64,000 bases of DNA from a virus (IMGVR_UViG_3300008012_000022:29369-93368), one strand, 5' to 3'. Positions 47,001-55,206 are shown, numbered from the stretch's first letter. Program-made: numbers and translations. Notes: a model not told the origin generated them from the sequence alone.

Positions 47001-48404
47001 AGAAGCAGAGTTAAGATGTAGAACCTCATTTAATCCCTGTCGTGCAAATCTACCTACCAGTTGCAAAATTTTAAGGAACGCACCTGTAATCAGAACTACA
47101 CCCGGACCTTGTATAAATTTTGCTATACCTTTAAAGATATCTTTAATGACATTAGATCCTGATTCAGGATCTAATGCTGTGCCGAAAAAGTCTGAAACTT
47201 TATTCGCAAGTGTAACTAGATCTTTAATGATCGGCGCTAGAGTAATCGCCCCAACCTTATTGCCGAGATCGGTCATACCTACAACCAACTCATTGATTTG
47301 AGAAGATAGAGATTTAGCTAGCTTTTCATTTTTATCAAAAGCCTCACTAGTAGCGTTAGATGAAATAGCTGTAGCTTCTCGAAACAGACTTTGATCTTTA
47401 GCTAAGTCTTTTAATGCTGCTGATACAACGTTAATCTGGAACACACCACCAGCAAGTTCTTTAATCTTATTCTTTTTAGTGGGATCTGATAGTCGTTCCA
47501 GTGCAGCAGACAACGCATTCAGCTTTTGAATACCAGATTGCGATGCATCAATTTGAACACCTAAGTCTTTTAGTTGGGCAAGGGAATCTGTTCGTGAAAT
47601 ACGAGTAAAAATAGATTTTAAGGCGTTACCAATAACAGCACCACCACGAGCGGTTGTTTGTTGAACAGCAGTAATAATACCGAGTAGTTCATCAAATGAA
47701 ACTCCAGCATCTTCCGCTGTCGCACCAGCACGTTGGAAACCATCAGCCAAATCTTTAGCAGATACAGCAAACTTTGTATCAACAGCAACGATCTTGTTAA
47801 CAATCTCTTCAGCTTGTAGCGCCGATCTTGTATAACCGTTGATCGCAGCAGTAAGAGCATTTACTGATGATACAGAATCAAGTCCTGAAATACGAGTTAG
47901 AATCAATGCGGCATTTAGTCGTTCCTGAGTCTCTGCTGCTTTCAAACCTTGACGTGCAAGTTCCGCTGCACCGTCAGCTACAGTAGTAAAAGATTGACCT
48001 GTGTTCTTGCCAATTTCGAAAATAGCCTTACGTAGATGTTGCATCTCTTCAGCCGTTCCGCCCATGATCGAATCAATTTCGATCAGTCGCTTTTCAACTT
48101 CAATAGTTGTACTTACTAAAGCACGAAAAGATTGGGTAACTGTATTTAATACAGCAGCAGTAGCACCGAACGCGAACACACGTGCGGTAGCAGCATCCAT
48201 AGATTTACGGAATTCGGTTGCTTGACCAGTAATTCGTCCCAACGATTGTTGGAAACCTTTCATACCACGAGGATTCAAATGGAGACTATTAAAATTCCCC
48301 TGAATTTGTTTCGCAGTCCGTCTGACCTGACGGTTAAGATTGTTCGTGTTGAGGTTAAGTTGAGCGTTGAACACTAACGCTCCACCTCTACTTATACTTG
48401 CCAT
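35034..48404 (-). CDS. giant tape measure protein with embedded cargo domains
   Basis: N-terminal TP901-type core (ELARQG, AVSAKDLADGF, GNALKSIF); helical C-terminus; internal REase-like, HhH, P-loop, NTase-like and HEXXH domains. Confidence 0.9.
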   Translation of the reverse strand: MASISRGGALVFNAQLNLNTNNLNRQVRRTAKQIQGNFNSLHLNPRGMKGFQQSLGRITGQATEFRKSMDAATARVFAFGATAAVLNTVTQSFRALVSTTIEVEKRLIEIDSIMGGTAEEMQHLRKAIFEIGKNTGQSFTTVADGAAELARQGLKAAETQERLNAALILTRISGLDSVSSVNALTAAINGYTRSALQAEEIVNKIVAVDTKFAVSAKDLADGFQRAGATAEDAGVSFDELLGIITAVQQTTARGGAVIGNALKSIFTRISRTDSLAQLKDLGVQIDASQSGIQKLNALSAALERLSDPTKKNKIKELAGGVFQINVVSAALKDLAKDQSLFREATAISSNATSEAFDKNEKLAKSLSSQINELVVGMTDLGNKVGAITLAPIIKDLVTLANKVSDFFGTALDPESGSNVIKDIFKGIAKFIQGPGVVLITGAFLKILQLVGRFARQGLNEVLHLNSASQRIKDIEGGIVQLLVQDDKLRASIASKSVTIEQKHRLIQNAIKQENSLLLVQKNLLRDLAAGVYARGGRGYSAGGQLTNRFNRPISSFAAGNYPSAGMSAGMSGTIKKNTLDYARPVFDRELISEEKRRARAEGARGPINVYMSTGPAQIGGQHFIFNDQELMVPRAGGGKDAAVIPSYKAPPKHRKLGKIFAYGTPIENHVQRSYFQSERFGKIFNTGADGFKGTPEQQQQMLRLFVDRSHQSNIDEIINSQPEGNRIRTLFGSPNLRSRIDSSVINDNWNKKTTYEIVTADDGSRNIDTNANSIDELATAVYKDSALNSVAGSERISDSVFGRKGSYTFNGSPVSAGDLEKLKNYDLSGVAANRFSSLVDKAATGVRKDIQGADDASRLKIKGISSYAIAVPDANSLRYLGPSSGAGKGQASFIDEDNKKVNVPWQFVKRDGKRAFQGFYPATKEDVNMAETRELLEERFLKFAAKSAVGYNESVFGRTSSTPESIVGELKRGEGARGAIGSLIGSAFEAAVFSAFGVTHGGGTGQLFDVSDIPPNALKLFRTLGGTTMGAWASKAFSQGGKIELKGQGTGRNLNSFVEKSLKGRFGKNHEGIQKAIEAGTELVLARGSLQIKSIRKHGLLLPSLNQKELSRSISKLAPDGARFNSGRPIPYTTAANAFNFYSPKGPKVDEAAKGFKNDIIEQVADEAVVWAKTYELAGNNRSTKHAARNHLIGGGDGGTQGALAAGVGAAFEAAIVDHLGLLSSQGDGSNNFDITGSQNLTKLRGLIGAPTITRNFEAKVSSSDRNMKDFVKKVLNFEYKGDWRHAFFDATGDSLPDKSTLTQQQKVQRAARQERQGRFQQRRERRGLRTSSQNIESKRFGRREPIQYFAGGHIPPELRAREELTAMAHGAPSTVRAKRGKGTIGGKPFVMNNHETEIVGAGPISGDSAVIPNYARIINGRPVMKGAAIMPTRLDRRYNPPEVPHGMSPIEDRHITLLSRAASKKLSQEEQQRLAEAFKLIDPPQSANFGKKFHAIREAKGKESVGYVLKEQAEFREYLAKVFKLAGVKNPEPDRLFHLSTAAKQLPDTPVAFSAVGDVGAGDVPNFASFHHGRGGSNFNRFNTGGGRRPLRKPPFRNPKQTDYVDFFALYENPMFQRLSVRDRESLNTLLGSYADGRINRSRGIQQGYASSKDLLAALGNDRGMNSAIYQALAGTKGVFPNFASLRINRRHHIPSTQRYGPDSRRVHEPLDYVHTLPDGRRVRITSSVSNIHKSKRTGDPQIHLTSLDNLEPEEIAYLMSLSGQLGKKPDTSLLPASQRNDRVILTSGLEHLSSAERKELGLRGRTKKIRAATRSQPDELDEIFELMDEIAQQPEFAIVPHRPQTGKTRRLSETESRFERILLAKKKGAPKFDDAFDDLVTPVTGAIGPAQSMVNKINKLGNAKAIEAAYDGVGPAMSEAIAARIPLQSFDDILTIQNALGKPIFSQAQIEAGKVPKKLQTMMISGGHITPEEMKRRADLQAKLTSSAGAPKLETLYRSDGKGGSELSQHVVDPNDTSANRHRAANQIGRRHDPNINRVSVDDLVAAQLPLIDADRARAIVREREANGPFKNMADLERRVTGMGSRIGGRLENRITFAKGYIPNFARIFARASNGKIRELTGGELQRGPLRQFENEAGDVIQGTRRSKGIIDSDVLQNPKNVDKVADAMLEYGIIDAQGYHQYAMTGKLPPQSVANYNKFLSQRAIEKEKRTSLVVGPVGAGKTFLSRGGNRGKAGQAFGGQKTVDILTPADIDALDDVIIARSETSASPLLNNAIQGEGIDRNIVQGLNRIVVLSSRENPAHSEILRRRHFRSSTGEGLERAGQARFGRQPTTDTAILEGLAIEASRKFEIGGAGDRARPAFVNIRENFGSSLARLHDVTLNDGRLLKGNTPQLKSGQVAVAVGGFSPTTAGHADLARIAGQHGIAPENTVFLISHGGSFSKKQAEGVIGGGGFDDHGLRGKLLNQRDRANIAAATIGEGPAVSVSNTDFREGFSSRLPFVRNAQGDIVRPTKGSIRVAGQDKLDDAGVKLPAFDDNIKLTREEAGSSLFTHFDPDSSKDLIDDVFDAVVVKARSATDVSGTGARKLLLDFDRPDQEITQQFASELEKVVGQEGARFWLTENSYGITNLRALRERTAAMPSILSKAQTNAAENFERVIQPRIDDIADEIAEINSTTREIKTTKPVEGIHRDGDFYRSNVWAKSPRVGDYPTEAKRVAKLRKEEKKLKRQKNEINSDQELVEWELNNPQYRIKIPDEGVGTIPSFARNPIADAVARETTGTGVKPHQVRLDTHPLAKRHNPMGLVVTNTRDQAGGRASSVSNRDLIAGKHVYPNFSRIQRITNSRAFKLLKKSQGIYGVAGDAIRGFPDAIRDIGRGVRFAGGLGRRGAAGLFDLLGGKRRRVNKLLKGTEFAHNKDVKELFKRLPRKQLDTLLSQGPNGGRIRFGNISGGGLGGSFDSETGILGLTSNTRLGLRGIGGKRAQEEALNVLLHESGHAFDFSKTRVGASTGDRLAGLLSSSAGFRVALQRDKRRNGFAGNLANNLLADSAVSNLSDQEFFAETYAMAFSNTARAKQWRKLFPEATKAVKKMVKGKTPNFADDMFIFDAASGELVNPLTQERIPFDPDTGAIPASPSGERRAPEPDPAPEPSEPAKKAAKSKPASIDPEELTPDQRRRLQAANSGYTIVSDPQTGKQRLVRNDVLARARQEQFAKRNRGRVVGRGGPPRVAVRRGKPPVPTLLARTKQQGDRTIGVRRAPQVPPLTRRGSVGPRPVPVLSRSGATSIDPVTGAILNTRRAGAATGSGSGIGSGGGGGTGGGGGGGNFSSLPDDDPNRQLSAAQQRAEDKKARERDRKRVRARARRGKSTSLSGISQNRTQSSKPPKQGGRLGSAALGLSFAASFLLPQLDEGLNKKFNKSQPEVDKLSLKLRELVRELENTDEAINPERHAELTKAIKQTESGLRSASRAAEEMSGKISLFTGLGLAAVSAMEPLSSAVKGLGKAASNVPLGPLAAAGSSKALTAIGGSVAGGTGLAVGGAIAAALALAIGGGILANKARKREIGETSEEDRLSTKLFREGKEEGDTFKTIQGVAIQTLTAPFDAIGKHIGKVEKNFDIFDGKLIGGSSKIDNFGLSFSDIIPSLKGLSVSAEEGDIGLEKFGKSLGKTGLELANFELKLPTVRNLTEFFAKPLTGFTIDQLNDQERQYQIENSVQAGEGQERLATYGADGRITGFNVVSNAQAEARRQRIQGERVVGQIDRLREQRQRFDDLGIDTTRTVVKSRVGQISKRDKQFQQFDFGSARNQISLQESLARFLPEGTADEANRKSQKLLKLEEQKLRLAKNDADSALNLSTELPEINIVDFDKSVDNIRTALNDPKFAETFARSNFENKRTIRKTIDGKRRRGEFDFSDDKSPADAAKRAEDIIAKRIEKETISLSKLRGIEDNKKFFQAFSRVKIKDKSFIGDARGGILNALSAEAKEALRGEKLISGAFGNRDARSKEINDLTNFRDFIIDDDKPLTKDAFEAFEDKVDEIIKKGINVEGIEEWRSANHELFAGMVQLQQQRMVEERAAFERTRAENKAFLQQYGQSVDNLAAKFRNLGQPNAGLNTIDINNPFGANNDVLFDQLGVAGQDRSRLRSNIANNQIFNIDDILGKEVSDSGKVTFRNETFEAFRKATNIARETEPLDENGRVRFSKGVQEEVFQKLDFRRAEGLGRQIGGPVNRITRQFSQLQNADSVSDVLSSIDLIRQTKTAGEAAIRQIPLNDEAGREQLRGVVNSLISEMGGIIQQSVAGTTALGFADTARANATKEEKIRSKFDKEQKDIDTLLDEDALKNKGTSETATDKDVLGDQIKAKIDTAAKPLYDSLTEFQGNMKKFNGFMSTAAKDSEAVAQELKRANAALAEVSQAIDVPAIRDVFDKLREAANEADAKELTGGATTYEFDFKPVKSK

Positions 48405-48422
48405 ACACCCATTTACACGAAA

Positions 48423-49280
48423 TTATGTAACATAGTCTTCGGGTTTTAAATTTTCTTCTCCACCTCGTGAATTAACGAATTCGCGAATATTCATTTCTTC
48501 CTGTTGACCACCGTTCTTCTCGTCGGGGTCATAATTGTATAGCGCAATAGGATTATCTATTACACTAGCTGGTATATCAGGTATATTATCTATCTTGCGT
48601 CGAAGCACAAACGAATAAACTAATAAGTTCTTTTGGAATATAGTTAGTTCGTATATGTTCTTGCCAAAAATTTTTAAAGGATCGGCACTAGAAAGAAGAA
48701 ACAATTCAAAAAAGGATGGATTATAACATCGTCTTAATGTAGCGTCTTGATCCATCAAGTCGTCATATTTCGTCATGAAAGTCGGCATGATTGACATAAC
48801 CGTTGCTTGATCCGTAGGTTCTATACAATCTTCGTCATCAAATATGAAGCGCCGAAATAACTCCATATTTACTTTTTCACTCACATAGTTCTCTAGTGAG
48901 AAACGTGTTAAAGCTTCACGTTTTATTCTTAGTTCCTCTAAACGATGAGTTGTTTCGTTTAGGTTATTCTGGAAGGTTTGCAACAAAGATGGTTCGTCCG
49001 CTACTTTTTTGAGAGCCTTTTCTTGTTTTTCTGCCAACCATTTTAATTCAGTAATCTCCGCTTCTTTTTCGACTGACCAACCACCATTAGATTTTGCCGC
49101 TTGCAACATCTCCTGTTCATCTAGCATACCTCCTTGTTTAGCACGTAAAGTATACCGCTCTTTGAATTCGCCAGACATTTCTAGCTCAAAGAGTGTTGGG
49201 TGCTTATAAAAAAAGACTCCCCCGTTTTCTGGAAGGAGTCTTGATTTACCAGCTAAAATCTCGTAGAAGCACAAATCCAT
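48423..49280 (-). CDS. putative tail assembly chaperone
   Basis: Directly upstream of the tape measure; helical and acidic. Confidence 0.5.
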   Translation of the reverse strand: MDLCFYEILAGKSRLLPENGGVFFYKHPTLFELEMSGEFKERYTLRAKQGGMLDEQEMLQAAKSNGGWSVEKEAEITELKWLAEKQEKALKKVADEPSLLQTFQNNLNETTHRLEELRIKREALTRFSLENYVSEKVNMELFRRFIFDDEDCIEPTDQATVMSIMPTFMTKYDDLMDQDATLRRCYNPSFFELFLLSSADPLKIFGKNIYELTIFQKNLLVYSFVLRRKIDNIPDIPASVIDNPIALYNYDPDEKNGGQQEEMNIREFVNSRGGEENLKPEDYVT

Positions 49281-50105
49281 TTAAGAAGCAGATTCTTCTG
49301 CGACTTCTTCTTTAGCTGCAACTTTTTTCTTAGCTGTCTTTTTGGAAGGTTTCTTTTCTGGAACTTCCTCTTCCTCTTCCACTAGTTCAGGAAAATATCG
49401 TGCATAGTTTTTCTCCACTTCCTCTGAAGTATGCCCCATACCATGATACCAAAGGTTGATAACGCGTGAAAGTTTTTCTAATGACGCTGCTACAATTTTC
49501 TTTTTCTTCGATAAATCGTCAGTATCGGCATCTTCAACATCATCTAAGAATTCAGAATAAGCTGATAGTTTTTCTTCAAAAGTATTACCGTCAAATAACG
49601 GGAACGTTTCTCGTTCTTCTTTACCATCTTTCTCTACAGCTTCTTCGAAGTGTGCGGTTTGAAGAACGAACCATTTGATCATATGTTCCTCTGATTTGGC
49701 GTCTGCGGAGTTGGCATACATTACCTCAAGGTCACGGTCCATATTAGCAATATTAAACTGAATATTGGCATACGCGTCTTTTGCCTCAATTAACTCTTCC
49801 TGTTGATCGTCTGAAAGGTCTTTTGCACCCTCAAAGAACTGAATTGTTCGTTCACAATCAGCTAACTTTTCGATAGCACTTCCTAAATCTTTAATCATTT
49901 TGTCGGAATATGCACCTCCAATATCACCATACTTTTTGTTCATCATGCTTCGGCTAAGAAAACCTGCATTTAAAAGTTGGTTAAATTTTTGAGAAAAAAC
50001 AAATTCCGCATCCTCAATCTGCCCGTGATTAGGCTTTTTAATGATAACCGTTACTGGCTTATTGTCGATATCTACATCGAATTGATATATCTGCTTCATA
50101 ATCAT
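49281..50105 (-). CDS. putative tail assembly chaperone
   Basis: Between tail tube and tape measure; acidic coiled coil. Confidence 0.5.
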   Translation of the reverse strand: MIMKQIYQFDVDIDNKPVTVIIKKPNHGQIEDAEFVFSQKFNQLLNAGFLSRSMMNKKYGDIGGAYSDKMIKDLGSAIEKLADCERTIQFFEGAKDLSDDQQEELIEAKDAYANIQFNIANMDRDLEVMYANSADAKSEEHMIKWFVLQTAHFEEAVEKDGKEERETFPLFDGNTFEEKLSAYSEFLDDVEDADTDDLSKKKKIVAASLEKLSRVINLWYHGMGHTSEEVEKNYARYFPELVEEEEEVPEKKPSKKTAKKKVAAKEEVAEESAS

Positions 50106-50134
50106 ATTATATTTTCTTAAATAAGAAATATCAA

Positions 50135-50602
50135 TTAACTAGTAAATATATAATTTCCACTGGCGTCTTGAAAGTAATATCCATTTTGAGACATTACAGC
50201 TACAGAGTCTCCCGTGTTGATAACAAAACTTATGTTTGCTACGTTATCATCAGAATAACCTTCAAAACGAATAGCGTCTATAAACCCTGTATTGTAGATA
50301 TTGTTTGCAATAAATGATTCGTTAAGAAAGTATGATAAGCGTCCAGTTGCTTCTGGTTCATTATCTCCATTATAATCGTAATTACCACTGATAGAAAAGG
50401 TTCCGTTCTTGCTGTAACCTGCAACGAAATCCCCTCGTTGATCGAAGATGTAGCCCGAAACTCCTGAGAATGATATTACGGGATAGAAGTCTGCTCCTGT
50501 TTGCCCTAACTGTAATAAGAATCCGCTCTCTGGAACCCTTACAGAAATATCAGTATTGAAAGAGAAATCAACATTGACGTAACCTAACAAATAGTCTTTC
50601 AT
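50135..50602 (-). CDS. putative virion protein
   Basis: Beta-rich and [S/T]G-rich, in the tail operon. Confidence 0.55.
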   Translation of the reverse strand: MKDYLLGYVNVDFSFNTDISVRVPESGFLLQLGQTGADFYPVISFSGVSGYIFDQRGDFVAGYSKNGTFSISGNYDYNGDNEPEATGRLSYFLNESFIANNIYNTGFIDAIRFEGYSDDNVANISFVINTGDSVAVMSQNGYYFQDASGNYIFTS

Positions 50603-51144
50603 TATGATCCTCCTTTAACGATGTTATCGTTCGCCCATAAAGGCTGTAAATTGGTAAAGTGACATAATTCTTCGACAGAATAAAACCCTCTGTCACTTCT
50701 TACTAAAGGAATCACATGGTCAATATGCCAATCAGAACCATAATTACCCCAACTCATTCCTTTTTTAAATTGTAATTCAAGATGTTTTTTAAGTGCCTTC
50801 CAGTTACACCCTATCATTTGTCGTGTTGATGAATTTTTAGAAAAACCTTTTTGTCGGATGAAACAACCAATTCTTGTTCGACAATTCCCCGCTAATTTAT
50901 AAGTCGTATTACTGTCACGCTTTTCTTTTTGTTTGGCGCTAATATGTTCTTTATTATTCATCCTCCATTGTTTATTATATTCTGCTCGTTTCTTTTTATC
51001 CCAACAATCATTGAAAATTTTTCTATACTGTTTAGAATATTTATTTTTACAAGATTTGCAATGGCTATGTAATCCGCCCCGTCCATTTTTATGGAATTCA
51101 AATAGCTCTTTTTCTTTTAGACATTTTGTGCAACACTTCATCAT
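50602..51144 (-). CDS. HNH-type endonuclease with N-terminal zinc finger
   Basis: CTKC...CKSC; WHIDHVIP...HFTNLQPLWANDN. Confidence 0.85.
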   Translation of the reverse strand: MMKCCTKCLKEKELFEFHKNGRGGLHSHCKSCKNKYSKQYRKIFNDCWDKKKRAEYNKQWRMNNKEHISAKQKEKRDSNTTYKLAGNCRTRIGCFIRQKGFSKNSSTRQMIGCNWKALKKHLELQFKKGMSWGNYGSDWHIDHVIPLVRSDRGFYSVEELCHFTNLQPLWANDNIVKGGS

Positions 51145-51159
51145 ATACCTTTACACAAC

Positions 51160-51194
51160 AAAAAAACCGTCGCCCCTTGCGGAACGACGGTTTC
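51160..51194 (-). terminator. intrinsic terminator after the tail tube gene
   Basis: AAACCGUCGUUCC-GCAA-GGGGCGACGGUUUUUUU. Confidence 0.85.
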
Positions 51195-51212
51195 AAAAAA
51201 CTTTAATTATTA

Positions 51213-52412
51213 TTAGGCAGATGTCATGCCACCGATCAACGTTGGATTAAGTGGTGAAGCATTTGATGTGAGATAATCTCCAGTCATGAAGAAACCAGCT
51301 TCAATGTTAGAAGCACCAGCAATCTGTGCTGAGAATGACATATCTACTGTCTCTGCCCCATCGAGGTCAGTTGAGAATGAGATGTTATCCAGAACTGCCG
51401 CTTTAAGTGCATAACCCAAACGTAGGATTGATGGGTCGCATCGATCATATAGTTTAACTGTAATCAGTCGTTCTACTTGACCAGCACAACCAGTCAATAG
51501 ACCAGCCGTTTGTCCTTCTGTCATATCAGCGGTCAACGCATTGACTGAAAGTGTCACGTCAATTGGAAATGTTAACGGACGAGAGTAAGGAAGGTCGTTA
51601 CCTAATTCGGTAAGTGCTTCACGTGCCAGTGGCACTGAAAGTGAAATTGATTGTGGGTGGACTTCTGCGAGTTTAGCACCACCAATACCGAGATTCGTTG
51701 CATCTTGAAGGTCTAATGAAATTTGACCGTCACGAAGAACGTCAACTGCTGAGTCACCTGTTGAAGCTACAGGAAGCACAACGGCACCTGTATCTGCTTT
51801 GGTTCCCACGGCAGGGTTAATTGATGGGTTGAATAGTCCACTTGATTTGCCCGTATAGAACGCGATGTTACCGCACTCCATAGAAACGTTGGCTGTAGGA
51901 ATATCTCCGACTGCCATATCAACTGAGTATTCAGTCACGAAAGCATTACCAAATCCAACAACATCGTGTTGGTTTCTGTTGGCCCATGCACCAGCGGCGA
52001 ATGCATCTTCACCTTCTGCTACAGTAACAGCGAACAAGTTCCGTTCGTTGTGGTCGGCTGATTCCGTTAGGTATCCAGAAATACCTTGTTTTGCTGGTTG
52101 GAAAGCTGCACCTGTGATTGACTCTTCGATCTCCATTCCTAAGTGGTGTTCATTTTCACCATCTGTAAGAAGATAACCGAATGAGCAAGTAGGAGTAAGG
52201 TCTGATGTTGTAACAGTCCCGATTCGTGCAAGCTGACCAAAAACTCGAATGTCTTGTCTAGCACCCGCAATGTCTACTTCGTATGAGAACGAGTTGATGC
52301 GGTGAAGCTGAGTAGCTTCAACTCCTGAGGGAGATGTCCCGTCACCATACAGTGTTCCTGTCTTAGTAACATAGAGTGCTTTTGATTGTGATAGAACGCG
52401 CGTTTTAGCCAT
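51213..52412 (-). CDS. major tail (tube) protein
   Basis: After the neck genes, followed by a strong terminator; internally duplicated pattern (RQDIRVFGQL / REALTELGND). Confidence 0.7.
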   Translation of the reverse strand: MAKTRVLSQSKALYVTKTGTLYGDGTSPSGVEATQLHRINSFSYEVDIAGARQDIRVFGQLARIGTVTTSDLTPTCSFGYLLTDGENEHHLGMEIEESITGAAFQPAKQGISGYLTESADHNERNLFAVTVAEGEDAFAAGAWANRNQHDVVGFGNAFVTEYSVDMAVGDIPTANVSMECGNIAFYTGKSSGLFNPSINPAVGTKADTGAVVLPVASTGDSAVDVLRDGQISLDLQDATNLGIGGAKLAEVHPQSISLSVPLAREALTELGNDLPYSRPLTFPIDVTLSVNALTADMTEGQTAGLLTGCAGQVERLITVKLYDRCDPSILRLGYALKAAVLDNISFSTDLDGAETVDMSFSAQIAGASNIEAGFFMTGDYLTSNASPLNPTLIGGMTSA

Positions 52413-52454
52413 ATCTTAAAATAAAAGTTGTGATCAGAATGAATTACACAGTTT

Positions 52455-53324
52455 TTAAGCGTTTGGGTAACGATAAATTGATAAATCAAAGTCTGCAAAT
52501 CCCATGATCAGATTTTTCTGTAATTTTTCCAGTGTTAGTGATTTTGTGATTTTAGAAGTCATCACCGATTCAACATACATATTCTCGGTATAGTTCGCCG
52601 CTAAATCTGTATATTTGTATGGGTAAGACTTCAGTGTGAATGCTCTTCCATATGGATAATCACCGAATGGAACAAGCTTGATACAGGTTTTATCCTGATC
52701 TTTAAAGTGTGATAAAACCCCGTCTGTAATATAATTTGAAAAAGACAATACGATCATTCTTATTTTGATCCGTGTGTCTACTTCGCCGCCTAATGCAACG
52801 GGATTATTTACATCTGTTTCTAATTTAAGAAAGACTGCGGGGAGAATATAGGTTGAATCATCCCTCTTATCTTCATTTGCAAACAGTTGGGTCATTAAGG
52901 GTGAGGCACTGTCGATAAAGTCGCCTTGAACCAATAGTTTTTCTTCGTCGTCCTCGGTAATGTAAACGTTAACTTCTTTGACGGTGTTATTTGCTGTTAT
53001 AGTGAGTCCTGTGCCGCTCGCAAATGGAACTATCACTCTGCCATCATTATAATCAATCATGACATCTGATGAGTCTCCTGAGACAAAGTTACCATTAACA
53101 AATATGCCACTATTAGGAACGTCAACATTATAGTCTGCCACTAGTTGCCTGAATCTACCCTGATACCCATGAAAAAGATTGGGTGGTATATCATTGTAAC
53201 CAGTAACATAAGCAAAGTTATTAGATTGATTTGTATTATAAGCTTTGCAATTATCAGACACTAATTCGTGTTCAACCCATAGTTGAAATGATGGTATGAC
53301 TTTATGTATGAACTGCGACTCCAT
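52455..53324 (-). CDS. putative tail completion/terminator protein
   Basis: Position; LPAVFLK...ALGG. Confidence 0.5.
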   Translation of the reverse strand: MESQFIHKVIPSFQLWVEHELVSDNCKAYNTNQSNNFAYVTGYNDIPPNLFHGYQGRFRQLVADYNVDVPNSGIFVNGNFVSGDSSDVMIDYNDGRVIVPFASGTGLTITANNTVKEVNVYITEDDEEKLLVQGDFIDSASPLMTQLFANEDKRDDSTYILPAVFLKLETDVNNPVALGGEVDTRIKIRMIVLSFSNYITDGVLSHFKDQDKTCIKLVPFGDYPYGRAFTLKSYPYKYTDLAANYTENMYVESVMTSKITKSLTLEKLQKNLIMGFADFDLSIYRYPNA

Positions 53325-53342
53325 TATTTACTTGCGACCCCA

Positions 53343-53942
53343 CTATCTTTTTACCCCTAACTGAGCATAAAAGCGCCGAAACATTTTAGTTAGATACGAA
53401 ACGTTTCTAAATCTTCCGCCACGTATTTGTTTCTCTGTTTGAATAGCTATACCTGAACGAGACGAAGCTGAGTTCTTAAGAAGGTAGCGCCCGAATCCTG
53501 CAATGCCGACTTCGATACGTCGCGCCCAACTATCGGATGCCCATGGTAGTGGTGTTTTACTGTAGATCTTATCTCTTGATGGACCCAACATAGATATCTT
53601 AAACCTACCACCAGTAAAATTTACTTTAACCTTAGATTTTTTAGACAACTCCCGCCTAATAACTTCGGTAGGATGATCACCTCGCTTAAAACCAATATAA
53701 CTAAATAGGTTTCCGTAAGAACCGTCTAGTGTGCCAGAAAGATTATCTGCATGAATGCCAGCATCCAACTCCTGAGTCACAGCGTGTTCTTCGAACTCTT
53801 CTTGTAACTGTCGTTGTGCTACTTCTACCACCTCTTGAACCAATGGCACAGCTTGAGCCTCCACGATAGAACGATTTCTACCTTGTCCCATTTCCCGCAC
53901 TAGAGCAGGTATGTTAACACTGAAAGTCACCTTAGCTGCCAT
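53343..53942 (-). CDS. putative neck protein
   Basis: Position; basic C-terminus. Confidence 0.45.
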   Translation of the reverse strand: MAAKVTFSVNIPALVREMGQGRNRSIVEAQAVPLVQEVVEVAQRQLQEEFEEHAVTQELDAGIHADNLSGTLDGSYGNLFSYIGFKRGDHPTEVIRRELSKKSKVKVNFTGGRFKISMLGPSRDKIYSKTPLPWASDSWARRIEVGIAGFGRYLLKNSASSRSGIAIQTEKQIRGGRFRNVSYLTKMFRRFYAQLGVKR

Positions 53943-54373
53943 TATGTATCACGTCGTAGGTAGACGGTATAGTTGTCAGTTGACAACGAACCTTCAATGA
54001 TATTGTCAGTCACTAAACTGTAATTCTCGCTATCAATTTCGATAGTCGCCGCTTTCTTCAAAATTTCATAGTCAGCTTTCTTAACCTTTAGTCTGACTAT
54101 ATTTTCGGATGTAGGTAGAGCAGTATCATTATCTACATCGTCCGAGTTCCACCGTTCATAATGAACTCTTGCTTCAATGGTATGTTTAGTGCGTGTTGGC
54201 AGTGCACGCGATTCATTGTCGTTCCTTCCATACAACGGGTTGTGATCGCTATTAAAGGCAGTATACGACGCTTTTTCTACATAAGCATAGATCTCTCGCT
54301 TAAATGTATCATGAACGTCATCAATTACTTCTCTAATAGCTGCTTTCTCGTCATCTGAAAAAAGACTTGCCAT
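53942..54373 (-). CDS. putative head closure protein
   Basis: Position and size; IEIDSENY. Confidence 0.5.
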   Translation of the reverse strand: MASLFSDDEKAAIREVIDDVHDTFKREIYAYVEKASYTAFNSDHNPLYGRNDNESRALPTRTKHTIEARVHYERWNSDDVDNDTALPTSENIVRLKVKKADYEILKKAATIEIDSENYSLVTDNIIEGSLSTDNYTVYLRRDT

Positions 54374-54864
54374 TAATTAATTACTTCTTTGATTGGCGTA
54401 TATCCATCTTCTCCTGCAACTTGAAGTGGTGACGCCTTTTGGTTATTATATTGATATAGTAAATCTCTGAGGTTATCTTCTTCCATAGCGGCGAAGTCTC
54501 GGAAGCTTATAGCTACCTGATGCTTGCTCACCTTTTGGATTACTGAATCACCTTCTTTTACCATAGTTAGAGTATCTTTGAAATCTGTTGAACCTCCCCA
54601 CACGATACCACGAAGTGCTTCGCGATATGCTTTCTTAGCGTATTGGATGTCGTAAAGCTTTGTAAAGATACCCGACTCTATTGGGCATAGTTCAGGAGAG
54701 AAATTGCCAGACCCATCAATTTCAAAAAACTCATGAGTTAGACCGTTAAACTCTCCTAACGATGTCGCTATCCAACCCGAAACATAAGTAACGGAGAAGC
54801 GGCCCGTATCGTCTGGATACGAATACGTCACGATTTCCGATGCTAATGTTCCTACTGTGTTCAT
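54373..54864 (-). CDS. putative head-tail adaptor
   Basis: Position; VKEGDS.I motif. Confidence 0.5.
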   Translation of the reverse strand: MNTVGTLASEIVTYSYPDDTGRFSVTYVSGWIATSLGEFNGLTHEFFEIDGSGNFSPELCPIESGIFTKLYDIQYAKKAYREALRGIVWGGSTDFKDTLTMVKEGDSVIQKVSKHQVAISFRDFAAMEEDNLRDLLYQYNNQKASPLQVAGEDGYTPIKEVIN

Positions 54865-55206
54865 TTACTTAAGTAAATTTTGTAGACTCTGAGGTGGATT
54901 TAGATAGTCAGCCTTGCGGCTGATCTCTTTAGTTTTTTCCTCAATAAACGCGGGTTGCGTTTCAATATACGTAGCAAACGCTTGTCGCAGATTTTCGTCC
55001 ATAATATGAACATGACCATTTGCTTGTGGTCGGACACCGACTTGAGCACATAGTCTGAACTTCTCATCGACTGTCATTGCTGCCAAACGATCTTCGAATT
55101 GTGTTTCACTTAGTGTCCCGAAAGGATTACGGGATTTATCGTTGACCAATGCTGCTAAAGACTCACGACTTTGCGCCCTTCTGTTTTTTCCATCAGTGTA
55201 ATTCAT
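54865..55206 (-). CDS. hypothetical protein
   Basis: Follows the MCP terminator; start MNYTDG about 9 nt after GTGTAA. Confidence 0.6.
   Translation of the reverse strand: MNYTDGKNRRAQSRESLAALVNDKSRNPFGTLSETQFEDRLAAMTVDEKFRLCAQVGVRPQANGHVHIMDENLRQAFATYIETQPAFIEEKTKEISRKADYLNPPQSLQNLLK

Noticed and set aside
35034-48404. Many short ORFs inside the tape measure and other long genes (e.g. 36241, 37678, 38452)
   Set aside because: Shadow frames of a real gene with no motifs or start context.
49278-49283. Programmed readthrough or frameshift fusing the two chaperone genes (TAA directly followed by in-frame ATG)
   Set aside because: The same abutting junction occurs at 54864/54865 and the downstream gene has its own ATG; no convincing slippery site identified.
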